A stretch of 64,000 bases of DNA from Vitrella brassicaformis CCMP3155. Taxonomy: Eukaryota > Protista > Chromerida. A program made the translations under genes and the position numbers. Shown here piece after piece: positions 24,621-37,641 of the stretch (the stretch's first letter is position 1; each line of letters starts with the position of its first letter). The notes beneath the pieces are model-generated. The model did no database searches. It had not been told where the DNA came from and was given only the letters and a program-made list of their open reading frames with translations. Where the stretch lies: NCBI GenBank assembly GCA_001179505.1, contig CDMY01000477.1, forward strand, positions 248,001 to 312,000. Direction: 5' to 3'.

Positions 24621-24937
24621 TTGTACGCAAATGAGAAAGATACGCATCTATACGTCTCTATATCTCTTCACTATCCGAGTGATGTGGCCGGGGTCCTTGG
24701 CAGTGACGGTGGTTGTCGCTGCCCTGCTTTGACCTGCCAGCGTCCATGCCGCAACCGACACAGACGTGCTGCCCCTCCCACCGCCACCACCACACGGACG
24801 TGCTGCCCCATGTGTGTGCGGAAGGGATTTTGCCCAATTGTCCCTCGACGCGCCATGAACGTCAGCTTCCGTCGGCAGATATGTGTCGCATCGGCTGATC
24901 CGTGGTCTCTGTCCTTGTCTGTCTCTGTCTGCAGTTG

Positions 24938-26434
24938 GCCTCCCTCAGTCAGAGTCGACGTACGTCGATATCTATTACCACATCCACAGGTACAATTTCG
25001 GGAAGATTTCCTGTCGCCACCCGCCTCCCCTCACACCCACGGCCCTCCAATCAATCAAGAAGGAGATGATCATCGGTCTGCGCGGGATATACTTTTTTCG
25101 TCCTTGCTCACCTCACGGCGGCGCACTCGATGAACAGGCTGGGAGTGGACAACGTAAGCAGCACATCCCTATTTGGCACATTCCAAGACCCTCCCGCTGC
25201 TCCCTTTCTTAGGTCGTCAACGATGTGCTGCTCAAGAGGGAGTCGTTGATGCAGGGCTTTGAAGAGCCCAGCCCCAGCACATCCCCGCGGCCCCCTCTGC
25301 CCATTCCATCCCCTTTGCCGCCCATGCTGCCATGTGATGGTGCCCTTATGATCGACTGCGGCAACATGTTGGAGGGAGAGGCAGCCTCCACCACGGGTGA
25401 TGCACCCCGCGCAGAGATACTTGTCCGGCTGCCAGTGGAGCAAAGGCAGCAAATGGACAGCGGCAAGGTCGCCGCATTGGCGTGGGGCTGCATCACCCCG
25501 GAAATGGCGGTACTATGCCTCGAAGGGTGCCTGGAGGACGACACAATATGGGAAGACTTCGGTCTAAATCCATCGGGGAGCGCAGAGGAGCGGCGGATGA
25601 TTGAGGAGATGAAGGCGATGTACAGGCAGCATTTGGAGAGCCTGGTGGGAAAGGGTGTCGTAAATGGAGGGGAGCAAGCCATGTGTGCTGCTGCTGAGGG
25701 ACACGTTTGTAAGCTTTGCCATCGGGCAGCTGCTGCGGTACTTTGTCCCCGGCAGCAGCTATGACGACATCTACATGAAGGATTTGAGGGAGGAGAGTGC
25801 GAGTGGCGCAGTGAGCCCACAGGAGGAGGACCCTGATAAGTTGACGAGCCGAGAGGAGGTCAGGTGGGCGCGGCGCTGGAATGGGAGAGGCGAGTCGAGA
25901 CGCTTTTTTTCTGATGACGGCCTGCCAAGAAGCCTCAGTGAAGGAGGACCGTTTGCACCGCTCCACATGCGAGGAGACAATGTTCACGTCTGCCGAAGGC
26001 TTGCGCTGCAGCTCAGCCCTCTCGCGTCCCATGGGCTGCATTTTGACCCCCGTGCCCGTCCATCCCTTGAGACCCAGGTCAGAAGGCTGCACGGCGCCCT
26101 CACAGAAGCAATAAATGCTTTCCAACCCGCCACCAACCTGAGCCAGCATGAAGAGGATGCGGGCGAGTTTGTGGTTGTCAGCCACGCCGCCCATCAAGAG
26201 GCCACACAACACGCAGCCAAGTCGGAGAGCCGACCAAGCGTGCTTGACTTCGTGAAACGACTGTGGGCGAGGAGAGGCTTGTGCGGGAGAGACCAGACAG
26301 CTCAGTCGCCCAGGTCTCCCGCTATCTGTTGGTCTTGTCAGCTCAACAAGAGGCTCTCCCGCCGCACGCAGGAGCTGACTATGCAGTACCAACACATGAT
26401 CAACACGGAGGTGGGTGGGTGGGTGGGTGGTTGA
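24938..26434 (+). pseudogene. Coding-like fragments downstream of the kinase, frames discordant near 25660-25700; runs into a gap
   Basis: Long ORFs 25225-25764 and 25664-26434 with protein-like composition; no consistent GT-AG join found. Confidence 0.35.
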
Positions 26435-26734
26435 NNNNNNNNNNNNNNNNNNNNNNNNNNNNNNNNNNNNNNNNNNNNNNNNNNNNNNNNNNNNNNNNNN
26501 NNNNNNNNNNNNNNNNNNNNNNNNNNNNNNNNNNNNNNNNNNNNNNNNNNNNNNNNNNNNNNNNNNNNNNNNNNNNNNNNNNNNNNNNNNNNNNNNNNNN
26601 NNNNNNNNNNNNNNNNNNNNNNNNNNNNNNNNNNNNNNNNNNNNNNNNNNNNNNNNNNNNNNNNNNNNNNNNNNNNNNNNNNNNNNNNNNNNNNNNNNNN
26701 NNNNNNNNNNNNNNNNNNNNNNNNNNNNNNNNNN
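26435..26734. other. Assembly gap (300 N)
   Basis: N run. Confidence 0.99.
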
Positions 26735-27763
26735 CATCCCTTTGCCAGTCATTTTATACACCGACGAATGTAGGTAGATTGCTGGCTGGGTGTAGGGATG
26801 GTTTTTCACTGCCTCAACCTCGCCGTTTTCTTCCATACCATACGATGGCGGCGGCGGCAGATCATAAGCGCAAGCCATCCAACCGCGGGGGATGCGGTGA
26901 AGTCGTGTTGCCCCAGATGACTGTGATGCAGGTACCGCACAGAAGAGGCCTTGCATTGTATTGTTTATGGTGTGGTGTTTCCTTGTACTGCAGCTGCGTA
27001 AGCTACTGGCGTCGGGGTAGTTACGACGTCTCCTCACCATCTCACCTGTCAAGCTCAAGACGTGCACGCAATGCCCCTCCCTCCATCAATCCTGTGCCCC
27101 GGAGGAAGCCGCACACAAACAGCTCATCGCCATGAAGATACGCACCCTCCATCACTCACGTGTGTCTTTAATGCGAGAGGGCGGCATCAATCTGTCTTGG
27201 TTGCCTGCAGAATGAGTTACAGAAGAGATGTGCGGCATTGCAGAGATGCAATGCCGGCCTCAAACGATAACTCAAGACATGCAACTATCGCGTGCTCCAA
27301 AAGGCATGCACGTGGCCCGAAGCCCTCCATCTCACCCTTTCCCTTCCGCTCCCCGCCCTCGTCGCTCAAATACGCGTCGAGGGCAAAAGAGGCGGCAGCA
27401 TGTGTCGGTGCCTTTTCCATCCCTCTTCCTCGACGGCACACTGTGGGCGGCCATTATGGCACCGCCGGCGTGCATCAACCCTGGGCAGCTGCCTTCTTGG
27501 GGAAGTTGTGAATGAATATTGTTCGATCGGTAAGACATCTCCATAGCTTAGCTAATGAATTTGCTCCTCGATTCATCTCCTCCTTGCTGTCTCTGTCTCT
27601 TGTCTGTCAGCAAAGGTGGCTCCCGTGAATTACCGATGCCGGCAACTAGATCGGTCTCATGTCCATGATTCCCTGTGGCATTCCAGCATGGACGCCGTCG
27701 CTCTGCCTCGACACAGGTATACGAAATTAGCCTACCCTCTGCGTCTTCTGCACGCTTCCTCCG

Positions 27764-27801
<38 letters not shown>

Positions 27802-28376
27802 TGTGTCATCTAGCAGGCAATCGAGACTCACAACCTCTCGCGCCCCGGGGGCTATCCCTTCAGCCCATCATCGTACTCTGACGACCTCGAGCGGATTTTG
27901 ACTACCTCGCGCAAGTATGCGGTCTGTGGGAGGAAAACAGAACAGCAGACCTACTCACTGCTGTGTCACACATGTCTGTTGTCAGGCAGTGTGCTTTTGG
28001 AGAGGTGCTGATGGTGGAGAGCGGCCGGCGGAGTGCTGCAAGTAGACATCCCTTTGCCAGTCATTTTAGACATCGACGGAGGGCAGATTTTATACGAGCC
28101 ACAGATGCATCCATTCCTTCATTCGTGTGCGTGCGTGGACCAGTCGAACATGTCTCATTCAACCAAATGCAGTGGGTCAAGGCACAAGGCACTGATAAAA
28201 TCATCCACCCACCCACCCATATAAGCACTTACATACAACACGGAGACACGCACATGCGCCTTCCTCTCTTTGCACAATGCACTGATGTGGTGCAATGCCC
28301 CCCGCTCCCACACAGAGAGACAGTCACTACATTGAGCAAGGGAAAGGAAGAAGTACTACATTCTAGAAGACACCAG

Positions 28377-31300
28377 CTAGCCAAAGCTCTCCGTGATGAG
28401 CCCAATGTCAAACCCCTCGGCCCGCAGCCCAGCACAAGAGCCCTCCAAGCACCTCACCACGGCAGCGTTGGCGCACGCAAAAATCTTCACCTTCTGGCCG
28501 CCGGGAGACACCACACGGCAGATCTGATAACGACCACACACACGCATACGGAGACATACATTGAGGATGCGCCTGTCGGCGTGTTCTGTCTGTGGTCATG
28601 GGTGAGAAACGCACCTGTCTGAGTTCGCTGTCGAATGACGGACGAACGGAAAATTTCACATGAAGTGGGGGGTCAGCACGCTGATGGACGAGGAGAATAC
28701 ACATACATACATGTCTCGGCTGTGTCAATTCCTCAGCTCACTCACCACGTCTTTTCTCGCCCTGTGTCCCCTGATGAGCGCCTGTATCTTCTTCACCGCC
28801 TCGTCCGTCTCCTCTACCGAGTACCTTCTCGGCCTGTCTGATGCCTCGTGTGGCTGCTCGTGCCCCGATGTCGGCTGGTCCTGGTTGCTACTGGCGATGC
28901 TCTCCATCACGCTACCGAAATAAGGCGTCCTGCGCCCCACGGCTGCCGGCCCTGCACGAGCCTGATAGCTTGTCCCCACCCCTGAGTCGAGCGATACTCG
29001 AGTGACGTCGCTCCCCGCATCCCTGCCCGTAGCCTTCATGACCTCGATGGATGCCGCTTGCAAGCCAAGAAGGAACAGCTTAATATGCGGTGGAGGGGGA
29101 AATTTCGCCGTCAGGTAGATGTGCAGGGTGACGTGCGAGCAAATTAGGGGATCCTGCGCCAGCTTGACGGCTTCCTCCGCGATCCATGCCATCTCGCTGA
29201 CGTTGCGGGAAATCCAGAAGAAGTGCGATACTCGGAAGATGGTGCGCTTGCGCGTGAGTGCAATAGCTCTCCTGGACTTGCTGAGGTCTGCCCGTGGCTC
29301 CTCGGTGTCCAGATGGCGATTGAACTGACGAGGGAATACGGATAAAGGGACACACCCCGTCGAGGGACAAAAATCCGGCTTACTTGCGCTTGCAGGAAGC
29401 CGAGAAATGGCGCAATGCCGGTGGAAGTGCCGACAAAGACGACGTTCTCTTGGTACGCGCTAAACTGGGCCGGCGCGCCTGCATTCACGACACATCAATC
29501 GACGAGAGAGAGACATTTACATGCACGCACGCGGCTCACTCACCGTACGGGCCGTCGATCTTGACTGATGGATAAAAGGGCACCGTGCGCCCCTGCTGGT
29601 CGCCCGCCGCAGACGCATTCGCCTCGTCACACATTCTGATCAGCTTGGAAGTCCTGTTTACACGTTGCCGGACCCGCCAACACACACACACACTCACATC
29701 GGTCCATTCGTTGTTCATATGTGACAAATGCACGTAGCCATGTGCACGCCCATACATACGTACCAGTTGCCGGCATTGCCGATCATCAGCCGAATGTCGT
29801 CCGTCGAGTGAGGGTGTGAGCAGATGGATAAAGGGTGGTATTCAAACGCAGATATCGCCGGGCAGTTGAGAAACAACACCTGAATGGACCGATCGATAAG
29901 GAGAAGGCGTACGTTGCATGTCTGTCTCCGTGTGTATATATGTCTCCTCTTGCTTGCCTGCCCGCATTGGTATTTGAATTGGTTTGGCCGGAAGAGAGTA
30001 AGGAAGACCACTGAGTGATCCTTAGCCACAAGAGCCCACTTGATGCGCACTGGATCAGCCAACCACACCCAGCCACGCATACACACACATCCCTCCATCG
30101 CCTACGCATTATCCGTACATACCGTCCCAAGTGAAGTATCGCCAGCTGCGAAGCAGCCTGCACAAATGCACTCGCAGAGACACCATTGCACACGTCGTGT
30201 GTGTGAGTATGCAAAGAGCACCTTTCGGCTGCGTAGCAGCACATGGCCGGCCCCATGACGACCAAGGCAAGAGGGAACCCAAAATTAAGCCACCCCACCA
30301 TCCCGTGCAGACACATGACGATGAAGTACCCCCACACCAGCACCACGTGAACATACCTGCACACACAGATAGACAGAAACAGTGACACACATATGTGTGC
30401 CATGGTAAAACTTTACCAGAAAAGCTCGAAGTTCTTGTTTCTGATGGATGGCACGGAAGTGACGCCGATTGCGATGATTATCAAAGTCAACACCACTCCT
30501 GCCACACACGCACAAACAGCAGCTGACTGCAAGGGCCCCCTATGCTGCATGGATAGAGAATGACACCTGTGACGCCAGGTATGGATGCGACCACCTCCAT
30601 GTATGAAGGCACTGCGTCGAACGAGCCGTTGTTGACGGCATCGTTGATGTCCTGCAGGTGGGGATATACACGTCAACAATTATGGTGCCGTCAATGCGTG
30701 CATGTCTAACATACATCGACTTCTTTGGTGCCCGACACAGACGGCACGGTGCCCCCGCAGTGCGCAGCAATGTGGATGACAGTGAACACGAGCACCAACT
30801 GGCACACACACACACACACACACACACATAAGTGTGAGAATGTCAGACAACCCTTGCTTTTCACTGTGTCTCACTCACCTGTCCAGTGAAGATGTGGACC
30901 TCCCGATGATGGTCCAAAAGGATGGAACATCGTCTGCAGCAAGCAGAGACGGCAGAGACACATGGTGTGTACAAAAGGAGGTGCTGTCTCGCATTTTCAC
31001 CGAAAAGGTGTCCCCCTCAGCCCCGTCAAGAGGCCCCTGCACATGGACAGCACGAGAATGCCGGAGAGCACCATCAACGCCATCGCCGCGCCACGAGCAA
31101 AGAAGAGACCTGACAAAGAGATGAAAACGGACAGATCGACCAATACCTGATGAGTGCATGTTGCATCCTTACCAACTCCAAAAACAGCCATCTTGTCTCC
31201 CTGCGTCAGAAAGTAAGACCCGTACCCAACCATGGCGGCCACAGCAACGACGGCCAGCAATATCCTGACATACAGCTCCCCCCGCTTGCTCTGACCCACC

Positions 31301-33312
31301 CACGACGACAGCTCCCACGCAGTGAAGCGCGACTCCCTCGAGGCGTTGCGCACCGACAGAGACACCTCCTTCTTCATCGTCGGGTGCCCATTATCCTCTG
31401 CCTCCATCGCTGGCGGCAAAGCTATCCGCTTCACCGACGGGCTGAGCGCCGTTTCTGTGGAGGGTGGTTGTGGCAGCCCGGCGGTCGGCGCGGTCGGCTG
31501 TGCTGGTGGTGTGTGGGTGGGGATTCGGGAGAGGATCGCTTGCAGGGAGAGGACACGAGGGATGTAGAAGTTGAGGGATGATGAGGGCTGCTGCGACGGC
31601 GCGTTGGGGTCTCCCCCGCTGACGTTGCTGCTCCTGCGGAACAGCAGCGCCTCCTGGAGCGAGTTGCGTCGGCTGCCGATGACGGCTATCAGCGCGGCAG
31701 AGCTCTTCGGCTCATCCTTCGCCACACCGCCGTGCTTAAACTGCAGCAGATTTCTTCCCAAGTCGCTGATCTCATCGGGAACGTCCATCTCGGCATCGCC
31801 ATCGGCTTCGTCGTCGTCGAGGGTCGAGAAAAGTCTGTCGAGCGGGGCGACCATGCTCCTTGGCGAGAAGAGCTCTGTATGCTGCGTATGCTGCGTGTTC
31901 ATGCCGTATTGCTTGACTGACTGCTGATCGGTGGCGGACGACGTGATGATCTTGCCCAGCTGCCGATTGAGGGCGGTCAGGATGATTTGGACTGTTTCTG
32001 GTTTGAGAGAGACTTCGAATTCGAGGCACGCTTCCTGCAGCATGCTCCTCATGATATCCTCTCTCAATGTCATCTCTTCTTTGCTTGTCGTCTCGTCGCG
32101 CCTGCATTCACGAACACAGAACGATACACAATCCACAATCAGTACTTATGTGTCAGTAATTCGCTTTCTTGGCAAACGGACTTTTTCTCAGCGTGAAACG
32201 GACTCTTGTGCTATGTGATAGAACTCATCGAACGACGCGTGAAGATGCATTCCCGCAACACATGAATGCGGTCAGTACAGGGCTGATTGGTCAGACTTTT
32301 GGTTGGTATATGAGTGATTGGTGAGTGATGAGTGAGTGATTGGTTTATGCGGTTCATTCTGCTTGTGAATAGAGTGATCGGGATGGGCTGATTGCTTNNN
32401 NNNNNNNNNNNNNNNNNNNNNNNNNNNNNNNNNNNNNNNNNNNNNNNNNNNNNNNNNNNNNNNNNNNNNNNNNNNNNNNNNNNNNNNNNNNNNNNNNNNN
32501 NNNNNNNNNNNNNNNNNNNNNNNNNNNNNNNNNNNNNNNNNNNNNNNNNNNNNNNNNNNNNNNNNNNNNNNNNNNNNNNNNNNNNNNNNNNNNNNNNNNN
32601 NNNNNNNNNNNNNNNNNNNNNNNNNNNNNNNNNNNNNNNNNNNNNNNNNNNNNNNNNNNNNNNNNNNNNNNNNNNNNNNNNNNNNNNNNNNNNNNNNAAA
32701 CCAATCACTCACTCATCACTCACCAATCACTCATATACCAACCAAAAGTCTAACCAATCAGCCCTGTACTGACCGCATTCATGTGTTGCGGGAATGCATC
32801 TTCACGCGTCGTTCGATGAGTTCTATCACATAGCACAAGAGTCCGTTTCACGCTGAGAAAAAGTCCGTTTGCCAAGAAAGCGAATTCAGTGTGCGTGTCA
32901 GAGTGTCTCTGACCCACTTGTGTTTGTCTATGTGCGGCAGCAACGAGTGGAGCCGCTGGGGCAGGTCGAGAGAGTTCTCAAAGGACGGCTGCATGCCCAC
33001 AACCAAACACCCAAACAAACGCACAAACACACTGAGTGTCAAAACATCCTTTCCACAGCTGCTCACCATGATATCTCTCGCGTCAAGGACGTCAGGACTT
33101 AGGTGATCATCATTGCTGTCCACATAATGGTCGTTCTTGTTATTCTCGGCTGCTGCCGCAGCGTTGGATGTCCTCCGGGACGCAGCGACGGGCGCCAGCA
33201 AATCCACATACGGAGCCGCACGGTTGTCAAGTGAGGCAAAAGCAGCCGCCAGCCGGTTGCAGTCGCTCGTGTAGCCGGGTGGCAGCCTCGCCTGGCTGAG
33301 GGGCCTCTCCAT
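28377..33312 (-). CDS. NADPH oxidase / RBOH-like flavocytochrome with IQ motif (5' end may extend to 35617)
   Basis: ARGAAMAL..SMCRGLLTGLR; heme His pairs VHIFTGQ..VIHIAAH and FELFWYVH..CLHG; EYHPLSICS; GNWT; KIDGPYGAPA; GTSTGIAPF; HFFWISRN; HIYLT; terminal ITESFG*. Confidence 0.88.
32158..32886. mobile_element. TIR element (MITE or DNA transposon) with >=189-bp terminal inverted repeats; interior in a gap
   Basis: 32158-32346 is the reverse complement of 32698-32886 with one mismatch seen; CAGT direct repeat at 32154-32157 and 32887-32890; lies in NOX intron 32102-32917. Confidence 0.75.
32398..32697. other. Assembly gap (300 N)
   Basis: N run. Confidence 0.99.
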
Positions 33313-35775
33313 CTGAACTGACGATGACACAAGGTGTCCGGGATGGGGGGCGCGTCTCAATTCGGTCTGCCCCCTTCCAGCTCGCAGTGCCAGTGAGATC
33401 TGCAGCTCACGGCTTTCCTTCCCTCCTCTCTCTCTCTCTTTCCCTCTCCTTCTCTCTCTCTGTCCCTTCCTAAGTCACCTCTGTCGATGGCAAAGCGCTC
33501 GTCTACCGACGACCCCCCGCACACAGAAAGCCGATGCCGTTGGAGCCGATGGTCTTCGCCTGGCTGACTGACGAGAGAGACATGGCCGCCGTGTGTGTGC
33601 GTGTCGCGGGCTGAGGGACCAGCTGGCGGCGACATCGCCTCGCCTGATTTCATCGACACACAGCGGGACAGATCTGCCGGAGTGTGTGGCTGTGACTGTC
33701 GAGGCTGTGGGCGATGGTACGGACCGCACAGACAGACAGTCAGTCTGGGGGGGTCGGTGGACTGACAGCTGCATGGCGGCCATCTGACGTCTGTCGTCTT
33801 CGTCTGTGTGTGTGTGTGTCAGGTGCGTTGAGGCGATGAGCTGTGCCCATCGGCGGAAGACACAATCGCCTGGCCATTCGGCGTGCCGATCGACAGCAAA
33901 CGACACTGACACTCTGTGGTGTACCGACACACACAAATGGATCTCTCACACACAGATGTCTGTCTGTCTGTCTGTGTGCAGGTGTGGCTGTCTGACTGAG
34001 TGGCTGATGGCTTGGACGCGCTGATGGTGACGATGCGGCCGTCGAGTGGCGCGATGGCCCTCTCCCCCACCGCTGCTGAGTGCTGCTCGTCTTGTCTGCG
34101 TGTGTGTGTGTGTGTGAGGCAGGATGATCGGCCGATGAGTCGACGAACTCCCTCTCCCTCTCTGTCTGTCTGTCTGTCTGTCTGTCTGAGGGGGGGTTAG
34201 TCGTGTGCTGGTCGGCCTTTTCTCTGTGTGTGCTGTGTGGGGTTTGCGTGTGGGCCGTCTGCTGCCGTGAGTGTGTGCGCCGGTGAGTGGGGGGCGGGGG
34301 AAATCTGACAGACAGACAGACAGACAGACAGAGAAGGGGACGATTGGCTGATTGGCTGCACAGAGAATCGCTGTGTGGGGCGGTGTTTGGCCTGCCGTCT
34401 GTCTGTTACACGGCTGGCTGTGACGGCTGTTCGCGAGAGTGTCATTATCTCTCGTCGGTGCATCCGTCACACACGGGCGGCTCACAGACAGACAGGGGGG
34501 CCGGCACACACACACGCACACACACACACACACACGCACGCACACACACACACACACGCACACACACACACGCACACACACACACGCACCTCCCCGCCTG
34601 TCACCATGTCCACAATGTCTGTTGATGTGAAAGAGAGAGAGACTGGTGTGTCCTTATAAGCTCTGTGGGCATTGTATGCCTTCCGTCCACACACACAGCT
34701 GTCTGTCTGTCGGCCTGGCTGCCAGCTTGTGTGTGGATGGTAGAGAGAGAGGCTGTTCGGTTTTGTTTTCGCCAGCCGTCCTTTGTACGGTATTGTGATG
34801 TGGCTTTTTCCTGCATCCGTGTGTCCCTCCCTCTGTGGGCGTCTCTGTCCTCGGTCGGGAACCGGAGAGTATCGGCCCATGTTTGGTGTCGGTGCTTTGG
34901 GGTTGCGGTGTGGCGACAGAGATGCCCCCAGAGGGAAGCGGACAGACAGGATTCAATCTGCAGTGTGATGATTCCATGTCAACACACACACACATTGGTC
35001 TCTCTCTCTGTGGGTGTGGGTGTGGGTGGGTGCCCGACACATAACACAGTAAGGTGGTGGGGCCCTTTTGACATCTGTCTGTGTGTCATGATCGTACACC
35101 CCCACACACGCGGCCCACGTGTGGATGGATGGCTCAATGGCTCCGTCGCTGTGAGCATTCTGTGCGTTGTTCTGTGGGTGTGGCTACCTACCTTTCTTTC
35201 TCTGTGCCTATGGGCTGCTGCTTGGCGCATCGGTGAATGAAGTGAGGCTTTTGTGTGTGCGTGTTGGAAGGAGAGCGGGGGGGCTGTCTGGTTCCCTTTG
35301 GCGTGTATCGTGTGTTGGTGGGCTGGGTGTCGGATGCGGCGCCGCTACCGCACACAGTGAGTGATGACTGTCACTCTCTGTGTGCGGTGGCCGTCGAGCC
35401 TCCGACAGACACACACCATCCGCACCGTATGACTGACTGTGTGTTGGCGAACTGCCCGAGTCAATGAGAATGCCCTGGCACCCGTGTGTCTTAAGCTCGC
35501 ACAGCCTTGCAGGGTTTCTCGGGTTAGGGTTTGCCTGGCTACCAAGAGAAGACGCCTCGATCTGCTGACAGATCGCCATGCTGACCGCTGCGAAGATCTT
35601 GATCTACAGATGCCCATTTGACTTCCTCTGATCTACGCAAAAGGACACTTCACGCACCGCTCTCCGCAACCAAGCGGCCTCGCCGGTCGCAGACCACACT
35701 GTGTCAGTCGCGCCTACCTCGACTCCCACGTCACCACCTTTCGTCCCGAACCGTGCCCTGGGGAAATCTGTCAGG

Positions 35776-37605
35776 ATGGCATCTCGTCCGTCGCCCGACG
35801 TCATCTACGCCGAGCTGAGTGCCGAGGACAACAGCACCGAGATCGAAAGCCTCGTGAGCTGACAGATCTCTCTCTCTGGCTCTGGGTGGATGCTCTCGTG
35901 TCCACCTGTGGCGTGTGCATGTCTTGTCTGCGTGTCTGTCTGTGTGTCTGTCTGTGTGTGTGGGTGTCCGAATGGCTCACTCAGTGCACGCAATGCTGGG
36001 AGAACGGCAAGACCAGAATCATGCTCACCAAGATCCCCTACTTCAAAGGTCACAGACAGACAGACAGACAGACACACACAGAGAGAGAGAGAGAGAGAGA
36101 ACGCCCTTATCCATCCATCCATCCCCTGTGTGTCTGTCTGGTTAACTGACGCTTGATGCATGTAGAGGTGATATTGATGTCGTTCTCATGTCCTCACTGT
36201 GGCTTCAACAACAACGAGATTCAGCCGGGAGCGCCCCTGCAGGTGAGGGAAAGTAGATGAGTAAACTGGCACATAACACATGTGTGTCGTGTCCACCTGT
36301 GTGTGCAGGACAAGGGCTGCAGGATCGAGCTCAAAGTGGAGAGAGCGGAGGTAGGTACCTGTCTGTCTGTCCAGATCTATGTTGTGTGTACGTCACGTGT
36401 GTGGACGTGTGTGTGGCTGTGGCTGTGGTTGTCCTTGTGGCGGGTCGTGGCTGCAGGATCTGAACCGGCAGATCATCAAATCGGAGCACGCCACCTTCAA
36501 AATCCGTATGTGTGTATGTGTGTGTCACACACGCACCCCCATTTGACAGAGAGGGGAGTGCTGCTGCCGCGCTGCTGTGCTGCTGTGCTGCAGTTGAGAA
36601 TGAGTTTGAGATCCCGCCCACCACACAGAGAGGCATCTCGTCGACCACCGAAGGCATGATCGCACAGGTCAAGTACACAACACAACAGCACACCACGCCA
36701 TACGCACAACAAACTGATGCCTGCGTGTGAGTGATTGTCTGTCTGTCTGTCTGTCTGCAGGCCGCCGCCAATCTGGAGAAGGATCAGCCTGTCAGACAGC
36801 ACATCGACCTCGACACGACGGGCAAGATCCAGGGCGTCATCGACACACTCAAAGCCATGGCCGCAGGCCAACAGGTGCGCCACACACACACAGCGATACA
36901 TAGATGTGCGCGTGCTGTGTCGGCGTGTCCACCCATCCATCCATCCATCCATCCGTCAGCTGCCCTTCACTGTCGTGCTTGACGATCCGGCCGGCAACTC
37001 GTTCATCGAATGTATGTCAGCATACACACGTGAAGCCGACACACGATTGTGCTGTGCACAGGGAGCGCTTCCCTCTCTCTCTCTCTTTTTCTGTGTGTGT
37101 GTGTGTGTGTATGCAGCCATCGGCACGTCCGACACACGACTGTCCAAGACGCTCTACGAACGCACCAGAGAGCAGCTGCAGGCAAACACACACATGGATG
37201 GATGGATGGATGGACCACACACGTGTGGCGTGTGTGTGCGTGTGTGTGTGTCTGTGTGTGTCTGTCTGCCCTGGCAGGAAATGGGCTACAACGTGCCACA
37301 AGCCAACGACACACACACGGCTGCCACGGCGGCCCCGCCCCCTCCCAAACACGGTGCTGATCTGCCCGATCATCTTCGCGCGGCCAACTGGGACTTCTCC
37401 AAGAGCATTGAGGACAACATCGATAAGAGGGTATGTGCTGCTGTGTTGTCTTGTGTAGAGCAGAGCAGAGCAGCCGCACTACAGACATTACAGGGGCACA
37501 CACTTCACACACACTTGTATGGCTACGTGTCACATGTGTGTGTTGGATGGATGGATGGATGGATCAACAGAGGGAGGAGGAAGAGTCCGGCAACATCGGT
37601 AAACA

Positions 37606-37641
<36 letters not shown>

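Noticed and set aside
25493-27135. Long ORFs spanning N runs (also 32211-32772, 43955-44745, 58270-59181)
   Set aside because: Open only because N codons contain no stops
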